From Nitrosopumilus sp. (GTDB lineage Archaea > Thermoproteota > Nitrososphaeria > Nitrososphaerales > Nitrosopumilaceae), in NCBI GenBank assembly GCA_965207075.1, contig CBDBLO010000002.1, positions 2,112,001-2,176,000 of the forward strand: 64,000 bases of DNA, written 5' to 3'. The position numbers were made by a program, and so were the translations under genes. The notes beneath the pieces were generated by a model, which worked only from the letters and a program-made list of their open reading frames with translations, ran no database searches and had not been told where the DNA came from. Position 1 is the stretch's first letter. Each line of letters begins with the position of its first letter. Positions 51,532 to 62,289 of this stretch are shown here, one piece after another.

Positions 51532-53188
51532 GGGTGTGACGCTCTTCCCGAGAAGGACGGGCGCCGTCGCCTTCTTCTACTGGCTGTGGGAGGGGGTGGA
51601 CCGCACCATATTCACCGCCATAAAGTTCTCCTTTCCGGCCAGGTTCGTCAGCCCGTTCGGGTTCCTCGGGATGCTCACGTTCATCACGTTCATCATACTG
51701 GGCGTCTCTGGCGCCCTGCTGATGTTCTACTACCAGCCGATACTGGACAGGGCGTGGGACAGCGTCCAGTTCATAAACGACGAGGTCCCCTTCGGGTTCC
51801 ACATACGCAACATACACTACCACGGCTCGAATGCCATGGTGCTGCTCGCGGTCCTGCACATGTACTACCAGTACTTTAGCGGCCGCTACAAGATAAGGAA
51901 CGAGGTGCTCTGGATGACAGGCGTCATACTGGGCGTCGTTACCATACTGGAGGCGTTCACGGGATATGACGTGATATTCAGCGAGAGGGCGGAGCTGGCA
52001 ATCAGCATAGCGGCCTCGCTGACGACCTCGATACCCGTGGTCGGGCCGCTGATACGCGACGCCGCGCTCGGCAGCGGGTTCTCGGACTTTGTGCTGCGGT
52101 TCTACGCGCAGCACGTGTTCATACTGCCCGTGGTCATGCTCGGGCTCATGGCCGTCCACTTCCCGAGGTTTCTGGTCTTCGACGTGCCGATGGTCATGGC
52201 CATCGGCGGGGCCATACTGATCACGGGAGGGGTCTTCCCGATTGATCTGGGCTTCAAGTTCCAGCCCGACGTCCCGCCCGGCGTGACGGTCCCCGAGTGG
52301 TACCTGACCGGAATATACGCGTTCATGCGCACCCAGTACGACAAGTTCGTTACAGGGCTCCTGTGGCCCCTGCTGTTCATAGTATCGTTCGTGCTGATAC
52401 CGTTCATAGACAGGTACAAAAAGTTCTCGTGGCGGGACCGCCCGATTATAACGGCGTTCGGCATCACCAGTTTGGCCCAGATAATGGTGACCACCTACTG
52501 GGGGTTCTACATCACGCCGGACGTGTCGGTCCCGCTGGTCGAGAGGCTGGTCATCGACCCGATCTTCTTTTATGGTACCATGATACTGCTCGTGCCGCTC
52601 GGATTCGGGTTCACATATATGATGATAAAGCTCGCAAACGAGGCCGAGCGCAAGGCAAAGCTCGCAAAGAGCTCGGGCCCGCAAAAGGTGGCTACAATAA
52701 GCCTGTCAGAGAGGTGGATCAACTGGGTGCTGGTGGCCCTGCTCGCGTTCCAGGTGTTCCTCAATATAGCGGCGTACAACGCGGCCCTGACGGGCATGAA
52801 CAACATCTCGCTCTTCTTCATAGGGCTGATACTCATCGTGTTTGCCGGGTTCTTCCACGTGTACAGGTACGGGATGAGCCAGGAGAAGGCCGCGCCGCCG
52901 CCGATGCCGACCCCCGTGCCGGAGGCCGCGCCGCAGCTGGGGGCGCCTGCGGAAGTGGCGGCCGAGATCGAGGCAGGTGGGAACGGCGCCGGGAAGCTCG
53001 GCTCAGAGCCGCAGCAGAAGAAGAAGGAGCTGGAGGCCCCGCCGGAGATACCGGCTGCCGGGGCATCATCATCATCATCATCATCATCACCATCATCTAC
53101 GACGGCGGCGGCGGCGGCCAAAAAGACAGGGGCGGACGGCGCCGCGCCCGACCCGACTACGGCGGCGCAAAAAGACAAGACGGAATAG
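51515..53188 (+). CDS. petB: Cytochrome b of a bc-type complex
   Basis: RNIHYHG, LHM, FTGY, RFYAQH, VPEWY; low-complexity C-terminal tail. Confidence 0.93.
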   Translation: MAASPEGVTLFPRRTGAVAFFYWLWEGVDRTIFTAIKFSFPARFVSPFGFLGMLTFITFIILGVSGALLMFYYQPILDRAWDSVQFINDEVPFGFHIRNIHYHGSNAMVLLAVLHMYYQYFSGRYKIRNEVLWMTGVILGVVTILEAFTGYDVIFSERAELAISIAASLTTSIPVVGPLIRDAALGSGFSDFVLRFYAQHVFILPVVMLGLMAVHFPRFLVFDVPMVMAIGGAILITGGVFPIDLGFKFQPDVPPGVTVPEWYLTGIYAFMRTQYDKFVTGLLWPLLFIVSFVLIPFIDRYKKFSWRDRPIITAFGITSLAQIMVTTYWGFYITPDVSVPLVERLVIDPIFFYGTMILLVPLGFGFTYMMIKLANEAERKAKLAKSSGPQKVATISLSERWINWVLVALLAFQVFLNIAAYNAALTGMNNISLFFIGLILIVFAGFFHVYRYGMSQEKAAPPPMPTPVPEAAPQLGAPAEVAAEIEAGGNGAGKLGSEPQQKKKELEAPPEIPAAGASSSSSSSSPSSTTAAAAAKKTGADGAAPDPTTAAQKDKTE

Positions 53189-53264
53189 TCGCGCGGGGGC
53201 CGAGGCGACTACCGAGGCGACTACCGAAGCATCATCGTCATAGTCATAACTGCAGGGAGCGCGG

Positions 53265-53636
53265 CTAATCTGTTGCGGCCGCAGCCGCATACCGCGCAAA
53301 GACGATACAGCTGCCAATCTCCTTGTGCTGCTCTATTGCCGACGCCCTGAACTTTACCTCGTGCTCGGACTCGGGCTCAAACCCGATCGCGGCCGTGAAC
53401 TCGGCCGTGCGGCCCCCCTCCTTCATCGAGTCCCTGCTGATGAACAGCCTGGCCACGTTCTGGGAGATCGGCCTGCCGTTTGAGGACTTGTACGTGATGT
53501 GCTCGTTTGAGTCAGATATCTGGGCGCTGACGACCACCCCGTCGTACTTGCCGGGGTACGAGACCGTAATGACGCCCCTGATCTCCGCGTTTGGTCGTAT
53601 CTCCACGGGGTCGATCTCCATGGATATGTCGTCCAT
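53265..53636 (-). CDS. Conserved hypothetical protein
   Basis: Beta-rich ORF, YPGKYDGVVV. Confidence 0.6.
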   Translation of the reverse strand: MDDISMEIDPVEIRPNAEIRGVITVSYPGKYDGVVVSAQISDSNEHITYKSSNGRPISQNVARLFISRDSMKEGGRTAEFTAAIGFEPESEHEVKFRASAIEQHKEIGSCIVFARYAAAAATD

Positions 53637-53745
53637 GGGCGTCACCCGGCGACTCCAAATAATAACCATCCATGCGGCGGAGGTGGTGGTGGCAGGCGAT
53701 CCCGCCGCCGCGGCTGCCGCGCCCAAAATCAAGCTTTAATTGTGA

Positions 53746-54189
53746 GTGGATGGGGCTCTGTTCATGTCAGACGACGGCAACGGCGCCGCGGCCAAGGAGT
53801 GGGACGAGCTGTGGGGGGAGTACTCGAGGTCCCTTGAGAACTGGAAGAGGATGTACGAGCAGGCCCAGGCCGCAAGCACCGAGATGCAGTCCAGGTTCAA
53901 CGACGTCTGGAAGAAGACGACGGTGGATACCAGCTCCGACACGATGAAGCTCTTTGCGGAGAACTGGCAGGACGCCATGCTCGACGCGGGCATAAAGTCG
54001 TTCAGGGAGTTCAGCGAGGGATGGCAGAGGGCCCTCAGCGAGTCGGGAACCGGCGGGTTCGCGCAGTTTGCAGAGAACTGGCAAAAGTCTCTGGGCACTG
54101 CGGGCCTCGAGCAGATGAACTCGTACGGCGAGATGCTCAAGCGGTTTGCCGAGACCTGGAACGCGATGTGGCCAAAGACTAACTACTAG
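53746..54189 (+). CDS. Hypothetical Trp-rich helical protein
   Basis: Repeated FAENWQ-like units. Confidence 0.65.
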   Translation: MDGALFMSDDGNGAAAKEWDELWGEYSRSLENWKRMYEQAQAASTEMQSRFNDVWKKTTVDTSSDTMKLFAENWQDAMLDAGIKSFREFSEGWQRALSESGTGGFAQFAENWQKSLGTAGLEQMNSYGEMLKRFAETWNAMWPKTNY

Positions 54190-54324
54190 AGGGTACTGGC
54201 AGATTAACGGGGGCTGCGTTTTAGCGGAAAGCGTCGGGAGCTGGCAGGCCTATCGGGTTCTGAATGGCCGTCACGACCGGGACACTGGCAACTTCAGGAC
54301 TGCAATCCATAAAATTTATAGGCG

Positions 54325-55362
54325 TCTATTATACGGAAAGTAGGTCACCGCAGGATCAGGCGGACTGTAGCCGATTATTTTAGGCTGTACCGATCACGAA
54401 AGCCAGTGTCAAAGGGACTGACAGAAAAGGCCGGGAAGCACCTGGTCAGGAGGCTCGGGAAGGGGGTGCCGGCTCCCGAAGTGGCAAGGGACCTTGGAAT
54501 CTCCATCCGGCATGTACGAAGGCTGTGGGCAAGGTTCCAGAAGACCGGGACCATACGCGTGCAGATGGGCAGGCCGCGCTCCTGCATCACGGGGGCCCAG
54601 ATACGGCTGATAACCGACGCCCACCAAAGGCGGCCGGTCGGAGTCGTACGCACCGCAAGGGAGCTGAGAAGGAATCACGATATTAGTTACGCCGCCGTGT
54701 ACCGCGTGTTGAAGAAGAGCGGCGCCGTGGAGGCCTCGGCGGCAAGATCAAAGAGGCGCAAGTGGGTGCGGTACGAACGCACGTACTCCAACGCCATGTG
54801 GCATACGGACTGGCATGTCATGAAGGATCCCCGCTTTTCAGGCATGAATCTCATCACATATTTGGATGATGCGTCCCGGTGCGTTACGGGCGCGGCGCTC
54901 TTCGAGCACGCCACGTCCGAGAACGCGGTAATGCTCCTCAGGCTCGCAATCAAGAGGTTCGGCTCCCCCGCGTCCATACTGTCCGACAACGGATCGTGCT
55001 TTGTGGGGCAGAACGGCCGCAAGAAGGGAAAGGGGAAGTGGCAGCCCACCGTCTTTGAGGAGGAGCTGCTTGAGAGGGACATTGCCCTGATAAACGCCCG
55101 TCCCTACCACCCCCAGACTAACGGCAAGTTGGAGAGATTCCACCGCAGCCTGGAGGAGGAGATATACCACTATGGCAGCCTCAGGGAGTACGTAGACTAT
55201 TACAACGAGTCAAGGCTGCACTTCTCGTTGGACATCGACAACTACGAGACGCCGCAGATGGCCTTCAGGAACAAGAGGGCGACCGAGGCGATCAGGAAGA
55301 ACGACCCGAAATGGATGGAGAAGGATGCACATGAGTAGCGGACCGACTTTTCATATAATACA
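54325..55362 (+). mobile_element. IS481-family element (transposase 54406-55338)
   Basis: WHTD, DDASR, SDNG, HPQTNGKLERF; TIRs TCTATTATACGGAAAGTAGGTC / GACCGACTTTTCATATAATACA; 16-bp flanking direct repeat. Confidence 0.92.
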
Positions 55363-55380
55363 ATAAAATTTATAGGCGTT

Positions 55381-55599
55381 ATGCACATAAATACACACAT
55401 GAGCAAAGGCGGAGAAGTGGCGCGTCGTTTGAAAGACAGACTGCCACAACACGTGGATAATCTGGAGTGTATCGCGCGCAGTTTTGACCGCTCAGAGCAG
55501 CTTTTGAAGGAAGCCGATGAACGATGGGATAATCTAAACGCCGGTACTGCGCAAGATGCCGCTCACGCGGTTAGCGATGGCAGTTCTTTCAACACGTAG
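55381..55599 (+). CDS. Small hypothetical protein
   Basis: 72-aa ORF just downstream of the duplicated TTTATA box. Confidence 0.4.
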   Translation: MHINTHMSKGGEVARRLKDRLPQHVDNLECIARSFDRSEQLLKEADERWDNLNAGTAQDAAHAVSDGSSFNT

Positions 55600-55755
55600 A
55601 TTATCAAGCAGGATCTCATGATATTCTATATCCGCGTTCACGTTGGTTCGTCTTTCTTTCAACATGCCCAATCTCTCTGCCACGTTTTCTATTTTCATGT
55701 CTAAATCTTCCATTTGGCCTCTAAGTTCAGCTAGTAAATGGTTTGTATCATCCAT
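55534..55755 (-). CDS. Small coiled-coil protein
   Basis: Heptad pattern. Confidence 0.45.
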   Translation of the reverse strand: MDDTNHLLAELRGQMEDLDMKIENVAERLGMLKERRTNVNADIEYHEILLDNLRVERTAIANRVSGILRSTGV

Positions 55756-55832
55756 GCTGGCGTATTGCTGGCGTATTGCTGGCGGTCAGTATTTATTTTT
55801 CTTAGCAACGGATCAAGGCTCCCGCCAACCTC

Positions 55833-56170
55833 ATGCCTGACGACGCTTCCAACTTCCGCCACGCGTGGAGGCATCAGTGCCGCGCCAAGAACTTTCTGCA
55901 CAAGGACTCCGAGCACCACGGGCACATCCACATGTCCGGGGGCATGAGCAGCAATCAGACGGAATTCTTCAATGGGGACGCCCCGAGGGCCAAGGAGAAG
56001 GTCGTCCGAGGTATCAAGGGGGACGACTCGATCATGCTGGGGGGACGCAGATCCACACAACTGCATAAGGCCCCCCTAGGACTGGACGGGGACACCCAAG
56101 CGTACAGGACGGGCACCTGAATCATGTGCCCAAACAAGTGGAAGGTGGTCATCCGGAACGCCGCCAAGTC
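55833..56170 (+). pseudogene. DDE transposase/integrase C-terminal remnant (IS6-like)
   Basis: SNQTEFFNG..RAKEKVVRGIK followed by degraded GLDGDT and NKWKVVIRNA. Confidence 0.55.
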
Positions 56171-56267
56171 CGCCGGCTCCCTACAATTTCCACGAGAAGA
56201 CAGATCCCACTAACTTACCATCCCTATAATTCCCAATGAATAAAAGTGCCGTTATTGCACGCCCGCC

Positions 56268-57074
56268 GTGAGCGAAGAGCCTGCGGAGTGCCACATACCG
56301 CTTGAGAGTTTCGAGGATCTGGCAAGGCTTGCATGCTCGTACCAGGCCCACCCGAGGAGGATCTTCAGTTTTGTAAGGGATGACGGTGGCGACGCAGGCG
56401 GGAATGATGCGGACGCAGGCGGCGAGGAGGGCAGCGGCGGTAACGGCATCGGCAACAACAGCAGCGGCGACGGGGGCGGCAACAACAGCGGCAGCGGCGA
56501 AGGCACCCGCGTCGCGGCGACCGTGTTCAACCTTGCAAACACACTCGTAGTCATGTACGCCCCGCTTCCAAAGGACGGCAGGTACGTGTCATATGTAATC
56601 GACGGAGGAAGGGAGCGCGCCGACGTGGTGGACGCGGCGTCAAATTCCGCAAGCTATGCGCCCATAATACACGTAAACAGCGAGCCGTGCCTGACGCACA
56701 TGGAGGCCGATCCGCCGGCAGACGACATACCCGACGTGCTCCACCCGATAGAGCTTGCGGACCTGGGCAGCCTGGCGAGGCTCACGTACGATCCGGACTT
56801 CCCAGACGAGCCGGATCCCGTCATATACGCGGTGCCGGTGGGCGGGCTGTGGGCCCTGGGGTACGTGGTGGCCTACGACATGGAGGAGTCCCACTACGTG
56901 TTCTACCACGTGATGCGCGACGCAAAGCCCGACAAGCCGTTCCTTAGGTACGGGCACGACAGGGCGCAGAAGCCCGAACTGTCAGACAGGATAGAGCACG
57001 GGTACGTGTACATGCCGATAGTGACCGTCAGGGACCAGCACCCCATCTTCGGCTTTGACGCGCACCGCCGGTGA
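56268..57074 (+). CDS. Conserved hypothetical protein with a Gly/Asn insertion
   Basis: Two related repeats (LARL...), PIIHV/PIVTV. Confidence 0.7.
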   Translation: MSEEPAECHIPLESFEDLARLACSYQAHPRRIFSFVRDDGGDAGGNDADAGGEEGSGGNGIGNNSSGDGGGNNSGSGEGTRVAATVFNLANTLVVMYAPLPKDGRYVSYVIDGGRERADVVDAASNSASYAPIIHVNSEPCLTHMEADPPADDIPDVLHPIELADLGSLARLTYDPDFPDEPDPVIYAVPVGGLWALGYVVAYDMEESHYVFYHVMRDAKPDKPFLRYGHDRAQKPELSDRIEHGYVYMPIVTVRDQHPIFGFDAHRR

Positions 57075-57090
57075 CCTGCTTGTCTGTCCG

Positions 57091-57894
57091 TTATGACGGC
57101 GCGGCCAGGTCCCGGATGCGGGCCTCGGACTCGGAGATCATGCGCTGCAGGGCCTGCACGTACACGTCCGCCGCGCGGGCCATCTCCACCGTATGCGTCT
57201 CTCCCCCCTCGTGCCGGACCACTGCAAAGCAGAGCGCCCCCACGTCCTTGGCCGACACGGCCGGCTCGCCGCCGCGGCGCCTCTTGTCATTCACCATGTC
57301 GAGGAACGCGGGCAGCCGCCTCCTGACCTCCACCGACAGCTCGTCGCGGGAGCGCAGCCTGCCACGCGAGGTAAGCCCCGCTATGTCAACCTCGTACGAG
57401 GGGTCGTCTGCATACCCGTCCGACACGCCGATCATTATCCGGACTTTGGGGGCCCGCCCGTGCGTCTTCACCATGCGGCGCGCCGCCCCTACTGCACGCG
57501 TGTACACCGCGGAGTGCCACGGGCCGGAATGCTGCGCGTCGAACCACCCGAGGAACTCGGAGGCGGCCGCGTCCCGTCCCCCCCTTGCACGTATGGCGGC
57601 CTCAAAGGAGTCGCGCGCGGCGTGCCTGCCCATGCGCGGCAGCAGCCCAAAGTCGGTGCCCGCCGTGTGGAATATGCCGTCGACCGCGGCGTTCGCGGCC
57701 CTCAGGTACTGCTCAAAGTGGCGCCCGGTATAGTACGGATCCGGGTTGTGCAGCCTGATCTGCCTGGCGCGCATGCGGCATTCCTGCATTGCGTCGGACT
57801 GGGTCGCGTGCACGACTCTGTGGTATCGCGGGTGCGTATATTGATATCCGTCACAACCCGAGCGCCCGCTCCCACTGCCTGTTGTATTCGGCAA
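57091..57894 (-). CDS. Hypothetical protein
   Basis: 267-aa ORF; start uncertain. Confidence 0.55.
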   Translation of the reverse strand: MPNTTGSGSGRSGCDGYQYTHPRYHRVVHATQSDAMQECRMRARQIRLHNPDPYYTGRHFEQYLRAANAAVDGIFHTAGTDFGLLPRMGRHAARDSFEAAIRARGGRDAAASEFLGWFDAQHSGPWHSAVYTRAVGAARRMVKTHGRAPKVRIMIGVSDGYADDPSYEVDIAGLTSRGRLRSRDELSVEVRRRLPAFLDMVNDKRRRGGEPAVSAKDVGALCFAVVRHEGGETHTVEMARAADVYVQALQRMISESEARIRDLAAPS

Positions 57895-58339
57895 GCAGCC
57901 CGGCCTGCACGCGCCTGAAGGCGTGCCCCTGGGATGCAGCGGCGGCCGCGGCGGCCCTCGCGTGCTGCACGGCGCTCTCCGAGCAGGCGTCCTGCCACCT
58001 CTGGGCCCAGTACAGGCCGGCCCCCTTGAGCAGCTCCGTGTCTAGGTCGACTGCCCGGTGGCACAGGTCAAGGTAGGAGGCCGCCGCGCGTATCGCGGAC
58101 CTCTGCAGGACTACGGCCGACTCGGTCCAGCCCGCCAGGGCCGCGCGGTACAGGTCCCACGAATGTTCAAGGTCCGGGGCGACGGAGAACGGCAGCAGCG
58201 GCCCGGTTGCCGCGGTGGCGGCGGTGGTGGTAGTAGCGGCGCCCTGCCGTACTGATGATGGTGGCGGTGGTGATTTTTTGCCTGGGGATTTTTTTGCCTT
58301 TTTGGCGTCCTTTTCTTTCTTGCCGCCGGCCATGCCCAT
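57851..58339 (-). CDS. Hypothetical protein
   Basis: Lys-rich low-complexity N-terminus, helical core. Confidence 0.5.
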   Translation of the reverse strand: MGMAGGKKEKDAKKAKKSPGKKSPPPPSSVRQGAATTTTAATAATGPLLPFSVAPDLEHSWDLYRAALAGWTESAVVLQRSAIRAAASYLDLCHRAVDLDTELLKGAGLYWAQRWQDACSESAVQHARAAAAAAASQGHAFRRVQAGLLAEYNRQWERALGL

Positions 58340-58456
58340 GGTGTCATGCGCCGAACCTTAAACGTTTGTTCCGCGCCGCATGCAGCATTTTGATTATGCC
58401 GCGGCCGCGGCCTTCAAAAAACGACACTATTATGGAAGGCCCCGCCCATACCCCGC

Positions 58457-58693
58457 ATGGGCGACGCGGGCATCCACGGCAGCGGTACAAGCAGGGAGGA
58501 GGAAAAGGGCAGGCGGTTCCTGGAGCTTGTGGACAGACAGAACACGCTCCAGCAGGCCATTGCGTCAAAACTGACGCGCCTGATAAGCGAGCACGGCTGG
58601 GACTCGGATGCACTGCGCGCGGAGCTGGCAGGCCTGATCGCGGAGCACTCGCAGGTCACCGGGGAGATAAACGGGCTGGACACAGGCGCGTGA
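58457..58693 (+). CDS. Small helical hypothetical protein
   Basis: 78-aa ORF with host-like codons. Confidence 0.55.
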   Translation: MGDAGIHGSGTSREEEKGRRFLELVDRQNTLQQAIASKLTRLISEHGWDSDALRAELAGLIAEHSQVTGEINGLDTGA

Positions 58694-58793
58694 GCCGGGC
58701 GCCTCCATGCCGCGTCTTGGCGCGGCTAGCTTATACCCCTATATTTTACAAAATAAAGTATAATGTTATAAGTATGTAGGGGTAATAACATCC

Positions 58794-59684
58794 ATGGTGC
58801 GACTGCGAAAAAGACTACTCGGTGGCAACACCTACTATTATCTCGAACATAGCATGAGGGACAAAGGCAAGGTACGAAAAAAGGAGTGCTATGTCGGAAG
58901 GACGCTCCCGCCCAACATGGACGAGATCATGCAGGACTTTGTGCATGAGATCTACAATGAACGATGGCGTGCTGACATTGACATCATAAGAAAGAATTTT
59001 GCCAAGGAACGCAGGATCATGCCAAAGACGGTCCGAGAAAAAGAGACCCGGTCCTTTGCAGTCCGGTTTACGTACGACACGCAAAAGATAGAAGGCTCCA
59101 CGCTCACCAGGAGGGAAGTTGCAGACCTGATCGAGAAAGGCATCACCCCGAAAAACAGGCCGATGGCAGACGTGCAGGAAGCCGAATTGCACAACAAACT
59201 ATTCCACAGGATGCTTGGGTTCAAGGGCGACTTGACACTGCAGCTGCTGCTTGATTGGCATTGGGATCTCTTTGGTGTGACCAAGCCGGATATTGCAGGA
59301 GACATAAGGAAGTATCGAGTAGGCATAACTGGAAGCAAGTTTGTCCCGCCTCCGCCATACGAGGTACGGCCGATGCTGGCCGAGATGTTTGAGTGGTACG
59401 AAGGCAACAAGTCCAGAGTTCACCCGGTCATGCTCGCCGCACTGGTTCATCTTAGGATAGTGACAATACACCCGTTTGGTGACGGCAACGGCAGAATTAC
59501 AAGGCTCGCGATGAACTTCGTACTGAACAAGAACAGGTATCCCATGCTTGACATCCCCTATGAGGGGAGGAGCGGTTACTACAACTCACTGGAGAAGGCA
59601 CAGGTGGATAAAAACGAGCTTGCGTTCCTCCAGTGGTTTGCAAAAAAGTACATAAAATCGTACGGCACGTACCTGCAGCCATAA
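58794..59684 (+). CDS. Fic-domain protein
   Basis: Canonical HPFGDGNGRITR; TQKIEGS inhibitory-helix-like motif; N-terminal YYYLEHS.R domain. Confidence 0.92.
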   Translation: MVRLRKRLLGGNTYYYLEHSMRDKGKVRKKECYVGRTLPPNMDEIMQDFVHEIYNERWRADIDIIRKNFAKERRIMPKTVREKETRSFAVRFTYDTQKIEGSTLTRREVADLIEKGITPKNRPMADVQEAELHNKLFHRMLGFKGDLTLQLLLDWHWDLFGVTKPDIAGDIRKYRVGITGSKFVPPPPYEVRPMLAEMFEWYEGNKSRVHPVMLAALVHLRIVTIHPFGDGNGRITRLAMNFVLNKNRYPMLDIPYEGRSGYYNSLEKAQVDKNELAFLQWFAKKYIKSYGTYLQP

Positions 59685-59798
59685 GACTCCCAGCTTTGTA
59701 GCCATCTTGCCGTCCGGTTCCCGGATTTAGGAGGCTTCGGCATTACTGCCCCGTTATGAGCACGTGAAGATCAGTGCTTGAATTCCTCTATGACGTCC

Positions 59799-60389
59799 TT
59801 ACTTGACAAATCGTCCAAACTCATCTGAATCACCGACAATCATAATGACCGGGGTCTCTGCCAGCTCCCTGACCAGCGGGATGCCCAGTCCCGCCTTTTC
59901 CAGAAACTCGCTTTCCGTCCACAGCACGAGGCTGACCTGCCTGCCCGTTTCCCTCTCCGTCCGCATTACGGACTTCAATACGACGTCCTCGTCAACGTTC
60001 CCTACTACGAGCAGATCAACGTCGCTTGACGCAACCTCCACGCCCTTTGCAAAGGACCCATAAATCAGGGCAAAGCGTATCTTCTTCCTTTCCCCCTTGC
60101 TGATCCCGGCAAGCAGCCGCGCGCCGAGGCTCTCCGTCTTTAGGAATATTCTCCTCAGCTCGCCTGCAATGGAGGCCCCCTCGTCCAGCCTGTACAGGAC
60201 CATCCTTCCCACGCTCCTTTTTTTCAAAAGGCCCAGCTGTTCAAGGTTTTTCAGCTCCCTTTGAACGAGTATCGGGGTAGCGTGAATCATCCTGGCCATT
60301 CCCCTAATGTGGTACTCCGAGCCGGGGTTCAGAAAGAACTGGGACAGTATGCCCACGCGGGTCTTTGAGGTGAACAGTCTTTCCAGCAT
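59799..60389 (-). CDS. wHTH plus MNT nucleotidyltransferase protein
   Basis: LFTSKTR HTH start; YGSFAKGVEVASSDVDLLVVG. Confidence 0.88.
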   Translation of the reverse strand: MLERLFTSKTRVGILSQFFLNPGSEYHIRGMARMIHATPILVQRELKNLEQLGLLKKRSVGRMVLYRLDEGASIAGELRRIFLKTESLGARLLAGISKGERKKIRFALIYGSFAKGVEVASSDVDLLVVGNVDEDVVLKSVMRTERETGRQVSLVLWTESEFLEKAGLGIPLVRELAETPVIMIVGDSDEFGRFVK

Positions 60390-60546
60390 TGTATGCTTTT
60401 AGTATACATATGTATATGAAAGTTTTACAATACGTTACCAAGCGGTTGGCCGAAAAGCAGGCGGCAGTGTCACGGCAGGCAAGAACAACGCGTGTCGCAA
60501 CGGGCGGACGACTGCGATCGCGCGCCGGGCTGCCAGTCGGCGAACC

Positions 60547-61479
60547 TCAGAGGGCCGAATCCACCATCAGCGCTATGAACAGCACCGCCAAATACGGGCT
60601 TGAGAACTTGAAGAGCGTCCATGACGCGCGCTCCATGGGTTTTGCAATCACCCATACCGACAGCGCGATCATCAGAGCCCCGGAGGCCACCGCAGTCCAC
60701 AGGTACGCGGGCCCCACCATGGCGGTGCCGTCCTCCATTGCAAGGAAGAACGGCACAATGGAGAACGCCACCATCACTACGGTGGACGCGGCAATCGCCC
60801 TTGCAGACGTCCCCTCGGACTGCACCGCCGTCAGCATCGGGACGTCCACCCTGTTGTAGTCCTCCTTGAAGTGCAGGGTCAGCGCCCAGATGTGCATGGG
60901 TATCCATATGAACACGAGGCCCGCCATCGCGAGGCCCATGGTCCACAGGTCCGAAGTCGTTACGGCCACCCAGCCTATCATGGGCGGGGCGCCCCCGCAC
61001 AGCCCGCCGAGTATTATGTTGGTGCGGGACGTGCGCTTTAGCGCGTAAGAGTACACCAGCACGTTGTTGAGCAGGCCGAACGCGATGAATCCCGCAGCCC
61101 ACAGCCCCTGCTCTACCGTGGTGGTGAGCGCTATGGCCCCTGCCAGCACCAGGGACGCGGCGGCCAGCACCAGGCCAAAGTTCCTGGCCTTTGTGGCCGG
61201 GTGTATCCTCTTTGAGGGGAGCGGCCTGTTCTTTGTGCGCTCCATTATGGCGTCGATGTCCCTGTCGTGGTAGTTTGTAAGCGTGTTTGCAGCCGCCGAT
61301 CCCGCGGCCACGGAGAACAGTACCAGAGCCCAGGTGGCCGGCGACACTTCCACCCCGTAAATGTTGGACGCCGTCAGCGTGGCCCCGAACGCGGTGAACA
61401 CCAACAGGTACCATATCTTGGGCTTTGTGAGCTCATAGTATACGGCCACCCTGGACTGGGACTTTTCGTGCTGCTGCAT
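60547..61479 (-). CDS. ctaB: Protoheme IX farnesyltransferase
   Basis: LTKPKI, DRDIDAIMERTKNRPLP, WIPMHIWAL, DY..VDVPML. Confidence 0.95.
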   Translation of the reverse strand: MQQHEKSQSRVAVYYELTKPKIWYLLVFTAFGATLTASNIYGVEVSPATWALVLFSVAAGSAAANTLTNYHDRDIDAIMERTKNRPLPSKRIHPATKARNFGLVLAAASLVLAGAIALTTTVEQGLWAAGFIAFGLLNNVLVYSYALKRTSRTNIILGGLCGGAPPMIGWVAVTTSDLWTMGLAMAGLVFIWIPMHIWALTLHFKEDYNRVDVPMLTAVQSEGTSARAIAASTVVMVAFSIVPFFLAMEDGTAMVGPAYLWTAVASGALMIALSVWVIAKPMERASWTLFKFSSPYLAVLFIALMVDSAL

Positions 61480-61482
61480 GTG

Positions 61483-61959
61483 TCAATCATCCCCGGAGCC
61501 GCTTCTCATATATGGCATTGCCTTTGCGCGCGACTTCATCTCCACAAAGGACTCGGAGGAGAGCACCCCGTCGATGCGGCCTATCCTTTCTGACACGGCC
61601 TTGTGCATCTGGTCAAGCGACTCTGAATACATCGTTACGAGCATGTCGAACCTGCCGGTCACCTCAGACACGGCGGCGACGCCGTCTATCCTGAACAGCT
61701 CGTCTATTATGTGGTCGCGGCGGTTGGTATCCATCTTGATGCCTGTCACCGCCTTGACGCCGTACCCGAGGGCCTCGCCGTTGACCTTGATCGTATACCC
61801 CTCGATCAGGCGGTTCCTGACCAGCCGCTTTATCCTGGAATACACCACCGACGGGTTTGCGCCTATCTTCTCTGAGAGGCGCGGCACGGAGACCGACGAG
61901 TCCGCCGAAAGCTCCCTCAGAATGGAGACGTCCAGCTCGTCGACCCCCGCGGCAGGCAT
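61483..61959 (-). CDS. Lrp/AsnC transcriptional regulator
   Basis: DELDVSIL, RIKRL...IEGY, VTGRFDM. Confidence 0.92.
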   Translation of the reverse strand: MPAAGVDELDVSILRELSADSSVSVPRLSEKIGANPSVVYSRIKRLVRNRLIEGYTIKVNGEALGYGVKAVTGIKMDTNRRDHIIDELFRIDGVAAVSEVTGRFDMLVTMYSESLDQMHKAVSERIGRIDGVLSSESFVEMKSRAKAMPYMRSGSGDD

Positions 61960-62289
61960 GAGTCAGGATGCCCTGCGGTTCTTATAAAGTAAGAGGGGGC
62001 TGCTTTTCCAAGGCGCGCGGGGGGCGGCCCTGACTGCCCGCTGTGGCAGAACCGGGGGGCTGTCGCGCCGGGCGGGGCCGCGCGCCGGGCCCATCCACGG
62101 TGACGGCGGCGGCGGGGGATGCCTTGATGGTATGACTCGAACCCGACGCACGCAGGTGTCACAGCTGGAGGACCAGAATGCGCACGAGCCTTGGATCGGC
62201 ACCATAGCCCACAAACACGCATGCCTGCCGCGCGATCGTGCGCCCTGCGTCATCCGCCTGCGTGTCCGTCTTCCCCGGCCCAGCCGGGT

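Noticed and set aside
50926-53188. bc complex lacking cytochrome c1, and split coxB, as novelties
   Set aside because: Copper-protein-based respiration without c-type cytochromes is established for this archaeal lineage
62120-62215. tRNA-like sequence on the minus strand (GGGTTCGAGTC)
   Set aside because: A T-loop-like motif is present, but the T-stem and anticodon stem do not pair convincingly
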